Shown: positions 20,740 to 29,009 of the stretch, piece by piece
Layout of the letters: each line of letters opens with the position of its first letter
Position numbering within the stretch: the first letter of the stretch is position 1
Source: an uncultured candidatus Porisulfidus sp.
GTDB taxonomy: Bacteria > Pseudomonadota > Gammaproteobacteria > Poriferisulfidales > Poriferisulfidaceae
Assembly: GCA_965116025.1 (NCBI GenBank)
Contig: OZ220480.1
Location: 1,856,001-1,920,000, forward strand
Length of the DNA stretch: 64,000 nucleotides
Direction: 5' to 3'
Made by a program: the position numbers and the translations under genes
The notes under the pieces: generated by a model
What the model saw: only the letters and a program-made list of their open reading frames with translations
Databases searched by the model: none
Told to the model about the DNA's origin: nothing

Positions 20740-21765
20740 GTGACCACGCCTCTCAAGACTCTGCTGGCCACCACGTGCCTGGTCATCTTGGCCGCGGCCC
20801 TGCAGCAGGCGCGCGAGATCGTCGTCCCTTTCCTGCTCGCGATTTTCATCGCCATCGCATGCGAGCCTCCCATGAGGTGGTTGCGGGAGCGCGGCTTCCC
20901 GAACGCTCTGGCCTTGGCGGGCGTCGTCGCGGGCCTGATTTTGGCCGGAGCCGGGGTCGCCGCCTTGGTCGGGGCCTCCGTCACCGGTTTCCATCAAACC
21001 ATGCCAGCCTACTACGAGCAACTCCGCGACCAGGTGGAGCATGGCGGGACGTGGCTCGCTGAGCGAGGCTGGATCGACCTTGATGCCGAACTGGCCTCGT
21101 ATCTGGATCCAGCGTTTTTCCTTGATCTCGTGACGGAGCTCCTCAGTGGATTTGGGGCGCTCCTGACCAACGCGCTATTGATCCTTCTAACCGTCATGTT
21201 CCTCCTTCTGGAGGCGCTCGAACTGCCGCGAAAAATTCAGCGCGCCTTCGGGAGCCCGGATTCCGCTTTCGAATTGAGTCGATTCAGCGATAGCGTTAAT
21301 CGCTATCTCGCCACAAAAACGCTGACCAGCTTGCTGACCGGAGCGCTGGTGGCTGGGTGGCTCGCGGCGCTCGGTCTCGACCATGCCATTCTGTGGGGCC
21401 TCGTCGCCTTTCTACTGAACTATATCCCTAATGTCGGCTCCGTCTTGGCCGCGATTCCCGCGGTTTTGCTGGCGTGGCTGCAACTTGGGCCGGTCATGAC
21501 GATTCCCGTGATCCTTGGCTACGCGGTCATCAATACAGCCATCGGCCAAATTCTGGAAGCGCGCCTGATGGGGCGACATCTCGGTCTGTCGGCGCTGGTG
21601 GTGTTTTTATCCCTGGTGTTCTGGGGGTGGTTGCTCGGGCCCGTCGGCATGTTGCTGTCGATCCCGCTGACCGTCATCATCAAGCTCGGGCTCGAAGCCA
21701 GCCCGAGAACTCTGGGCGCGGCGGTCCTGCTGGGCCCAGCGAAGGAGCCAGACGGCCCCTCTTGA
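20740..21765 (+). CDS. AI-2E family transporter
   Basis: 'LWGLVAFLLNYIPNVGS' and 'FWGWLLGPVGMLLSIPLT'. GTG start just after the nhaA stop. Confidence 0.9.
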   Translation: MTTPLKTLLATTCLVILAAALQQAREIVVPFLLAIFIAIACEPPMRWLRERGFPNALALAGVVAGLILAGAGVAALVGASVTGFHQTMPAYYEQLRDQVEHGGTWLAERGWIDLDAELASYLDPAFFLDLVTELLSGFGALLTNALLILLTVMFLLLEALELPRKIQRAFGSPDSAFELSRFSDSVNRYLATKTLTSLLTGALVAGWLAALGLDHAILWGLVAFLLNYIPNVGSVLAAIPAVLLAWLQLGPVMTIPVILGYAVINTAIGQILEARLMGRHLGLSALVVFLSLVFWGWLLGPVGMLLSIPLTVIIKLGLEASPRTLGAAVLLGPAKEPDGPS

Positions 21766-21801
21766 ATCCGCTTCTCAACCCTCCCCCCAGTTGAACCCCC
21801 T

Positions 21802-24540
21802 CTAAAAGCTCGCCACGGCCTTCAAGTAGTAAAACCCTCCGTTGGAATCGAACGGAACCGAATCCGGGTATTCATTGCCCAAAATGCTGGAGTACTTGCT
21901 TTTCCTCGCTTCTTCATCCAGCAAGTTCTCGGCACCAGCCACCAACTCGATATTGTCGTTCAGGCTATAACCAACCTCAAGATCCATCAGAAAACGAGGG
22001 CTCTGCTCCTGGAAGAGCGATTCCTCGAAAGATTGATAATCGATGTGGTCCCCATAGTATCGAACTCGGCCCAAGACACGCCAAGGGCCTTTCTGGCGAT
22101 CAGCGGTCACTGACCAGCGAACCCTCGGACGGCCTTCCTCAATCTGATGCTTGGTCAAATTGTTGATGGTGTCGGGATTGGCATTCTTGACCTTGGTATG
22201 GGTGTAGTTCCCCGCGAAGGTGAACTGGGTCGCCCCTCCGAGAATCTCCATCGGATAGGTCGCCACGATGTCGACGCCTTCCGTCGTCGTGTCGAAATCA
22301 TTGGCGAAGTAACGCACCTGGGCTACGGAATCGATAGCCGGAACCGCCGGGCGCAATTCGTTCCTCATCTCGGTGATACGGTCGCTGATAGTGGAATCCA
22401 GATTATCGAGATTGTAGTCGTAGGTCACTTGGCCATCAGCGGAATTCTTTCCGCACGTGCCAGTCTTCCCATCTTTTCTCAACAACAGGCAATCCAGAAA
22501 CTCCGTGGAGGTCAACGCAATCCTGTCATCAACCTCAATGTGGTAGTAGTCGACGGTCACGTCCAAGGCCCCGACATTGAACACCACGCCAAACCCGGCG
22601 TTCACGGATTCCTCCGCTTCCAAAGGCTCGGCGATACCCGCCAAAAGCGGATCCGTCGGTGGAACCGTCAGTTCGTCAGTCAGCTTTCCATCCACCAAGG
22701 TCGTGGTCACATTAAGGATATTCGCCTGCCCTACCGTGGGAACCCGAAAGCCCGTGCCAACCGAGCCGCGAACGGCGAAGGCGTCGGTCGCCTGATAGCG
22801 AGCGGTAAACTTCGCATCAAGGGTCGAGTCGAAGTCCTCTGGATCTTCGTGGCGCGCCGCGTATCCCAAAAGCAGTCTCTCCGACACATCGGCCTCAAAA
22901 TCTACGTAGGCCGCGACGCTCGACCGATCGTGCTTGGCGGACCTGCAGGGATCTGGCCGGAAGCCCGGGAAACCGTTGGAGCCAATCCCCAGCTTCGGAT
23001 ACTTGGCGATGATCGACCCATCACCGATCTTGCCCACGAACTCCTTGTACGCATCGCAACCGATCTCCGCCAAATTCGGCTCGTCATATTCCGACTTGTC
23101 CGAGTTGATGTAGTCGATGAACCAAGAGTTTTCCTCACCCGGCTTGATCTCGTACTCCTCTTCCCGATATTCCATGCCAAAACCCACGCTCAGCGGCGAA
23201 TGAAACGCCGCGACATCGATCTGCGTGGTGAAGTCCAGATTGAACGTCCAGTCATCCTCGACAAACCCTCCGGGCTTGTACTCGGTAGGGATATCCAGTT
23301 GCATCGCGGCCAACTGCGGGTTGATCGTGTTCTTCATGAAGAAGTCCACCTCATGGCGGCCGGTCACGTAACTGATGTCGTACGTGAAGTCCTCGAAAAT
23401 CTCGCCCCGCAAGCCGAACGCGAAGCTCTCATCCTCGACTTCTCCTCCAAATTGCGGGGTGAAACCACCGGGAAAACGCTGATTGAAGGCGAAGCAGTTC
23501 GGGTCATCGCGCACCGCCATGAGCTCAGTCTGATTAATCACCCCATCTTGAATGGAAATCTCCGGGCACGTCCCGTCTGGATCACTCAGATGGGTCACCA
23601 TGACCTTCTTCCCCGAAGCGTCGGGATGCTCGAAAATCCCCCCGCGCTTATGCGGATGGCGATAGTAAAACCCGCCCTCGACGGTCCGCTCGGCATAGCC
23701 GCCAAACGCGTAGGCCTCATGCGCGTCGCTGAGCGAGAAGCCGGCGTTCGCGAAAAGCTTGTAGTTGTCGTCGATGTCCGGCGCGCCCCAAACCTGGGTG
23801 ACCGGCATGCGCACATGCGAGTTTCCCGCGTCGAACAGCGCTTGCGCGTCACCTCTCTGCACGCTCCGGCTGGTCGGGTTAGCGGTGTTGTATTCGCCAC
23901 TAATATTGAGAAAGCCGTCTTCCGTCAGCGGCAATCCCAGATTTCCAGACACGGTGACGTTCTCTCCGTCACCTTGGTAATACTGACCCCAACGGGCTTC
24001 CAAGCGCCCGCCTTCGGCATCTTCCTTCAGCGCGAAGTTCAAAATTCCCGCCACCGCGTCGGAACCGTACTGGGCCGCCGCGCCGTCGCGCAGAACCTCT
24101 ACCCGGTCAAGAGCGATCGCGGGGATTGAGGAGAGGTCCACGGCATGAGAGCCTTGCGACCCTCCCGCCGGGAGGAAAGTGACAATGGAAGAGCGATGGC
24201 GGCGCTTTCCGTTCAACAATACTAGGGTCGAATCCGGGGAAAGGCCACGCATCTGCACTGGGCGCACCAGCGTCGCCGCATCGCTGATCGCTTCCTGGCT
24301 GACGTTCAGGGACGGCACGACTCGAGACAGCATGGAATCCATTCGGGAGTCGCCCTGCCGGGTCAGCTCGCTGGAATCCAGAACGTCCACTGGAACGGCC
24401 AGATCAGAGGCTGACCGCTCGTGTCCACGCGAACCAATCACGGAAATCTCCTCGACCTCCTCCTCGGCGTGCACCAGCGCGCCTACGGGAGCCAAGGCCA
24501 AAAAGCCGCAAAAAGCTAGGAGAAATTTTTTGGCTTTCAT
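21802..24540 (-). CDS. TonB-dependent outer-membrane receptor
   Basis: Signal peptide MKAKKFLL..., TonB box 'EEISVIGSR', plug motifs 'LVLLNGKRRH' and 'RVEVLRDGAAAQYGSDAVAG', terminal Phe. Confidence 0.93.
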   Translation of the reverse strand: MKAKKFLLAFCGFLALAPVGALVHAEEEVEEISVIGSRGHERSASDLAVPVDVLDSSELTRQGDSRMDSMLSRVVPSLNVSQEAISDAATLVRPVQMRGLSPDSTLVLLNGKRRHRSSIVTFLPAGGSQGSHAVDLSSIPAIALDRVEVLRDGAAAQYGSDAVAGILNFALKEDAEGGRLEARWGQYYQGDGENVTVSGNLGLPLTEDGFLNISGEYNTANPTSRSVQRGDAQALFDAGNSHVRMPVTQVWGAPDIDDNYKLFANAGFSLSDAHEAYAFGGYAERTVEGGFYYRHPHKRGGIFEHPDASGKKVMVTHLSDPDGTCPEISIQDGVINQTELMAVRDDPNCFAFNQRFPGGFTPQFGGEVEDESFAFGLRGEIFEDFTYDISYVTGRHEVDFFMKNTINPQLAAMQLDIPTEYKPGGFVEDDWTFNLDFTTQIDVAAFHSPLSVGFGMEYREEEYEIKPGEENSWFIDYINSDKSEYDEPNLAEIGCDAYKEFVGKIGDGSIIAKYPKLGIGSNGFPGFRPDPCRSAKHDRSSVAAYVDFEADVSERLLLGYAARHEDPEDFDSTLDAKFTARYQATDAFAVRGSVGTGFRVPTVGQANILNVTTTLVDGKLTDELTVPPTDPLLAGIAEPLEAEESVNAGFGVVFNVGALDVTVDYYHIEVDDRIALTSTEFLDCLLLRKDGKTGTCGKNSADGQVTYDYNLDNLDSTISDRITEMRNELRPAVPAIDSVAQVRYFANDFDTTTEGVDIVATYPMEILGGATQFTFAGNYTHTKVKNANPDTINNLTKHQIEEGRPRVRWSVTADRQKGPWRVLGRVRYYGDHIDYQSFEESLFQEQSPRFLMDLEVGYSLNDNIELVAGAENLLDEEARKSKYSSILGNEYPDSVPFDSNGGFYYLKAVASF

Positions 24541-24709
24541 ATCAATCCCTCGCGAAGAATGCTTTCGGATGATAGCACATAGGTGCTGTTCCCTACTACC
24601 CATTCGCACATCAGATCGTCCAGCGATCATCGGAGCCATTCGCATTCTCGCCACCTTCGCCGCGCGCGCGGACTTCGGGCCTTCCCGAGAGAAACGCGCT
24701 GAAGAATCT

Positions 24710-26068
24710 TCACGAACGGCACCTCTCCAACGTCTCTCGCATGGCCGCGGCCTTGTCCAGGCATTCCTGATATTCCGCTTCCTCCTCCGATCCATGCGTC
24801 AATCCTCCTCCGGCGTACAAGCTGGTTTCTCCGGCCGCTTGCGCCATCGTGCGAATCGCTATGTTGCTATCCATATTCCCATCAAAGCCAATATAGACGA
24901 GACTGCCGCAATACGCGCCTCTCGGTCTCGGCTCCAGTTCCTCAATGATCTCCATCGCGCGCCGTTTCGGGGCCCCAGTGATCGATCCGCCTGGAAAGCA
25001 CCCGTCCAGGAGATCCAGCGTGGTCCGCCCTTCCCTCAAGGTTCCCGTTACCGTGCTGACCATGTGATGCACCGTGGCGAAACTCTCGATCTTGAACAGC
25101 TCTGGCGCCCGAACCGTTCCCGGAGCGCAGTTTTTGCTTAAGTCGTTGCGCAGCAGATCCACGATCATGAGGTTCTCGGCCCGATCTTTCTCGCTCTCTC
25201 GCAGCCGGGCTCGCTGCCGGCGCTCTTGCCCAATGACGCGTCGCGCCGTCCCCTTGACGGGACGAGTCGATACCTGTCCATCCACGACTTTCAGAAACCG
25301 CTCCGGGGACGCGCTCGCGATCTCGACCTGTGGGTGGTGGAAATACGCGGAGAAAGGAGCGGGATTAATCGTCCGGCCGTGTTGGTACGCCGTCCACAAC
25401 CGTCCCTCGCTGGGAGTGGAAAATCGTTGCGTCAGGTTGACTTGGTAACAATCGCCCGCCGCGATGTAGCTTTGGATCACCCGAAACGCTTTCGCGTACT
25501 CTTGTCGCGTGATGTCCGGATGCAGCGGCGCCAAGACTCGGTACGGACGTTCCCGAGCGGAAGACTCGCCTAGCAACCGATCATGCAGGCTCTCCCAGAC
25601 AAGCCGGGTCGCGGAAATTCGATCATGGGTCGCCAAATAGCAACGCTGTTCCAGATGGTCGTAGACGACCGACCAGTCGTACAGTCCGAAGGCCAACTCC
25701 GGGTATTCCGGCATGCTGTCCCGGCGGGACGCCAGCCCAACGCGCTCTCGGCCAAACTCATAGGACAAGTAGCCGATCGCGCCCCCACCGAAGGGAATTC
25801 GATCATCTCCCCGTGCTGGAGTCCCCAGCAGGTCGACGAGCAGGCGGAAAGGATCACCACGAAACGCCCGTCTCTCGCTCCTCCGCGTCAAGACCGTTCG
25901 GTGATCAGCATATTCAAGAGTCGCGTACGGGTCGGCCGTGAAAATATCGAAACGGCCCTGTCCAGTCTGGTCATGGCAACTGTCGAGCAAAATAGCCCAA
26001 GGCTGGTCCACGAACTCGCTGAAGCGGCATGTCGGATCCGCTTGCCACGGTAATTCAATGACGCGCAT
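24710..26068 (-). CDS. pabB: Aminodeoxychorismate synthase component I
   Basis: 'GDCYQVNL', 'SASPERF', 'KDRAENLMIVDLLRNDL', 'FPGGSITGAPK'. Confidence 0.93.
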   Translation of the reverse strand: MRVIELPWQADPTCRFSEFVDQPWAILLDSCHDQTGQGRFDIFTADPYATLEYADHRTVLTRRSERRAFRGDPFRLLVDLLGTPARGDDRIPFGGGAIGYLSYEFGRERVGLASRRDSMPEYPELAFGLYDWSVVYDHLEQRCYLATHDRISATRLVWESLHDRLLGESSARERPYRVLAPLHPDITRQEYAKAFRVIQSYIAAGDCYQVNLTQRFSTPSEGRLWTAYQHGRTINPAPFSAYFHHPQVEIASASPERFLKVVDGQVSTRPVKGTARRVIGQERRQRARLRESEKDRAENLMIVDLLRNDLSKNCAPGTVRAPELFKIESFATVHHMVSTVTGTLREGRTTLDLLDGCFPGGSITGAPKRRAMEIIEELEPRPRGAYCGSLVYIGFDGNMDSNIAIRTMAQAAGETSLYAGGGLTHGSEEEAEYQECLDKAAAMRETLERCRS

Positions 26069-27095
26069 GCTCAAGCCGGTGCAGTTCGGCGACGGAATAA
26101 GCTGGCAAACAATCCGCCAGACTGAGCGCGCCACGCGCGGCGACGCGCGGTCGAAGCAGGGAATCGATGCCCCGGTACGCCAAACCGCAACGGGCGGCGA
26201 GCGACGGCAGCAAAAATTTCCCGGTGCCCGCGCCGATCAACACCCCTGAAAAGGCATCGCCCACGCGCGCGCGCAGGCATTCCAGAACGCGGTCCCGCTG
26301 CGCGTCGGCGAAGACTCGCGCTAAACGGATCCACTCGCTTACATCCGCTCCCTCCTCGCAATCCCGTCCGACCATTCGCGCTACTCTTCTCGCCGACTCG
26401 AATTCGGAACATCCGGTACCGTCCGCCGTCTCGAACGGACGCAGGCTGTCCGGAAGCTCTCCCAGCAAGTTGTAGACATCCGCGGTCGTCGCGAAGCGTT
26501 CCGCCATCAGGTTGACGAGCGTCCCATCGACTTCAACCCGGGTCGCCAGACTCATCAGCGGCGTCCGCGCCGCGCCAGTGTATAAAAGCTCTTGACTAGC
26601 CAAACGCTCCGCATCGCTGAACCCGACCGCCATCGCCCGATGGTTCCGAATCTCGACCAGATCCGTCGTGGTGCTGCCAATATCCACGAACACGCCCCAC
26701 TTGATGAGACGCGCTACCAATCGCGCCGAAGCGTACCAGTTCATAGAGCCAACCAGTCCAGTCGCCCGCTCCACGTCCTCGACGAACGTTGAATCCGAAG
26801 AAAAATAGAATAAAGAATCTCCAGATAAAACTCGTGCGAGACTCCGGGCGATCCGTCGCGCCCCCTCGGCGCGCGTTGGAAAGATGTCAACCAGTTCCCC
26901 CGTCATCGTGATGGCATGCCGCAGACCTAGTCTTTTTTTCTCCCCACGAATTTCTCTTATCGCGTTCTCCAAACATTCCAAACCCTTCCACAAAGGGGCC
27001 TTCCGATGCCACGTCCCCAAAACGCGCCCAGCCTCGTCCACCCGCACTGCCTTTACATGCGCGCCTCCGATATCCCATCCGATCACGTCGCTCAC
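26055..27095 (-). CDS. Hydantoinase/oxoprolinase-family H4MPT-linked C1 pathway protein (Orf9/MfnF-like)
   Basis: 'IGWDIGGAHVK', 'AITMTGELVD', 'VDIGSTTTD', 'ELLYTG..RTP', 'RRVARMVGRD'. Confidence 0.85.
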   Translation of the reverse strand: MSDVIGWDIGGAHVKAVRVDEAGRVLGTWHRKAPLWKGLECLENAIREIRGEKKRLGLRHAITMTGELVDIFPTRAEGARRIARSLARVLSGDSLFYFSSDSTFVEDVERATGLVGSMNWYASARLVARLIKWGVFVDIGSTTTDLVEIRNHRAMAVGFSDAERLASQELLYTGAARTPLMSLATRVEVDGTLVNLMAERFATTADVYNLLGELPDSLRPFETADGTGCSEFESARRVARMVGRDCEEGADVSEWIRLARVFADAQRDRVLECLRARVGDAFSGVLIGAGTGKFLLPSLAARCGLAYRGIDSLLRPRVAARGALSLADCLPAYSVAELHRLEHARH

Positions 27096-28018
27096 GCCAA
27101 ATCCTCCGTCCAGCCAAATTCCCGAATGGTCCGTTCGGCGAGCGACATGGACCGCCTCGCGTACGCCAAGGTCAAGCGCGGATTAATCTCCAATACGGTC
27201 AACGAGCTCCCCAACCATACCCCATCCACGCCGACGTATCCTCGCAAGCCCGGCACCGCGGCCATGATCTGGAGAGACATGGCGCGTGCCGCCTCCCGGA
27301 ATCGAGAATCCCCGTCAAGTCCGCCAACTTCCATTCTATGCGCATGCAATTTTCCCTCTCGATTCTCGCAATGAATTCTATTGCAGGACAAGACGTCCAC
27401 GCCCTCTTTGCCGACCCACAGGCTCAGGCTGACCGCCTCGCCCTCGACCCAAGGTTGCCACACCCATGATCTTTCCGAATCCAGCGTGGGCGCGAGAGAC
27501 TCCGCGCCCAACGCGAAGGTATCCTCGCAACCGGCACCGTGGCGTGGCTTGATCACTCCACTCATCGGCAGCGTCTCCGAAGGGTCCCACGCGCGCGTCT
27601 CCACCGCCTCGATACCGGCCGCCCGGAGATGTCGATTGAGTGCCCATTTGTCCGACGCCAAGCGAATCGCCTCCAACGAGCCATTCAGGCTGAGCCGACC
27701 TTCCCTCGAGACTTCCTCGCGCAAACGCCCAAGCCAGCCCTCGCTTTCCGGGGCGATCACCAAAACCGCGTCGCAATGCCGCGCGAGATCCAGCCAGGCA
27801 TCGCGCCATGGTCCCCGGAGAGTTTGGCATCTCACCTTCTCCGGCAAGTCAAACGAGAATCTCTCCTCAATCAAGGTGTACACTTGCACGGAATCGAGAC
27901 TCGAGAAATCGACGAGCGCGGCCCGCAACATCTCGTGCCCCTGCCGGAGCAATTCGGGAGGCGGCGAATCTCCCTGAAAGCCCCCACCGCATACGTATTC
28001 GAAAATGAATATCCTCAT
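27092..28018 (-). CDS. ATP-grasp protein (MfnD/Orf1-like, tyramine-glutamate ligase family)
   Basis: 'MRIFIFEY..GGG', 'VIAPE', 'SDK', 'IKPRHGAG', 'GYVGVD', 'EINPRLT'. Confidence 0.82.
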   Translation of the reverse strand: MRIFIFEYVCGGGFQGDSPPPELLRQGHEMLRAALVDFSSLDSVQVYTLIEERFSFDLPEKVRCQTLRGPWRDAWLDLARHCDAVLVIAPESEGWLGRLREEVSREGRLSLNGSLEAIRLASDKWALNRHLRAAGIEAVETRAWDPSETLPMSGVIKPRHGAGCEDTFALGAESLAPTLDSERSWVWQPWVEGEAVSLSLWVGKEGVDVLSCNRIHCENREGKLHAHRMEVGGLDGDSRFREAARAMSLQIMAAVPGLRGYVGVDGVWLGSSLTVLEINPRLTLAYARRSMSLAERTIREFGWTEDLA

Positions 28019-28024
28019 CGCCTC

Positions 28025-28792
28025 ATGAATCGCGTCATCCCCGCGCTGGACATTCGGCAGGGACAGGTGGCGCGCGCCAAGGGTGGCGAGCGCGCTCGCT
28101 ACAAGCCAATCCGCTCCGTGCTGACGCGCGGCGCGAACCCCGTCCAAGTGATCGACGACCTGCTCCAGTTCGCTCCTTTCCCTGTTTTCTATCTGGCCGA
28201 CCTCGACTCCATCATGGGCGAAGCGGCTCAGCATGAACTCATTGTAGAACTATGCGTCCGCAACCCTGCTCTGGAATTCTGGGTGGATGCCGGGCCCCCG
28301 CCAGATCCACGCGATGAGCTTCCCGCCAATTTTCGCCCGGTTATTGGAACAGAATTCATCGATAGCTGGGATGACCAAAGCGACCGAGCGATCCTGTCTC
28401 TGGATTTTCACCTGAATGGATTGCGGGGCGGTTCCGGAATTTGGACGCGACCCAAGTCCTGGCCTTCCCGAGTCATCGCCATGTGCCTGCATAAGGTAGG
28501 TTCTATGGAAGGCCCAGATCTCGACCTTCTGGGCCGGATTCGGGATATCCGCCCTGATTGCGATCTTGTGGCCGCCGGCGGTATCCGAGACGCGAACGAC
28601 ATCCACCGTCTTCTGAATGCTGGTGTGGATGTTCTGGTCGCTAGCGCGTTGCATCAGGGAAAGATTTCCGCCGAGGAAATTCCTGAAGTCGAGCGCGCCT
28701 CTCGATCTTCCCTTCCACCTATAAAGGAAAGCCCACGAAAAGGAGGGCTGGCGAGGCGATCACGGGAAAGACGATTCGTAGTTCGAGGCTGA
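28025..28792 (+). CDS. HisA/HisF-related TIM-barrel protein (Orf17-like)
   Basis: 'VIPALDIRQGQVARAKGGERARYKPI', 'YLADLDSI', 'WVDAG', 'AAGGIR', 'VASALHQG'. Confidence 0.82.
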   Translation: MNRVIPALDIRQGQVARAKGGERARYKPIRSVLTRGANPVQVIDDLLQFAPFPVFYLADLDSIMGEAAQHELIVELCVRNPALEFWVDAGPPPDPRDELPANFRPVIGTEFIDSWDDQSDRAILSLDFHLNGLRGGSGIWTRPKSWPSRVIAMCLHKVGSMEGPDLDLLGRIRDIRPDCDLVAAGGIRDANDIHRLLNAGVDVLVASALHQGKISAEEIPEVERASRSSLPPIKESPRKGGLARRSRERRFVVRG

Positions 28793-28968
28793 TCGGCCGA
28801 GTTCCGACGAACCAAAATCGGCTTGAGTGGCGTGCGCTTTCCAGGCCGACCACCGTTCATTACGCCAACTCGTCTCAATCTTCGAACCAAGGAACTTTTT
28901 ACCAAACTCTCAGTCTTCGAAAACAAGTCGCGCGGTAGAGAGCCTGAGCGGAAATTCCAAGAAAGCAC

Positions 28969-28993
28969 GGCCCCAACCCTTAAGGTCGGGGCC
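28969..28993 (-). terminator. Putative intrinsic terminator of the autotransporter gene
   Basis: Minus-strand hairpin ggccccgacc-ttaag-ggttggggcc, followed by gtgctttctt, 16 bp after the stop codon. Confidence 0.55.
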
Positions 28994-29009
28994 TATGACT
29001 AGAAGCCGC

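Noticed and set aside
22147-24129. 660-aa + strand ORF
   Set aside because: Antisense shadow of the TonB-dependent receptor.
24541-24709. Possible cobalamin or glycine riboswitch upstream of the TonB receptor
   Set aside because: Only short fragments (gggaag, ccgaag) are present; the B12 box and glycine aptamer cores are not recognisable.
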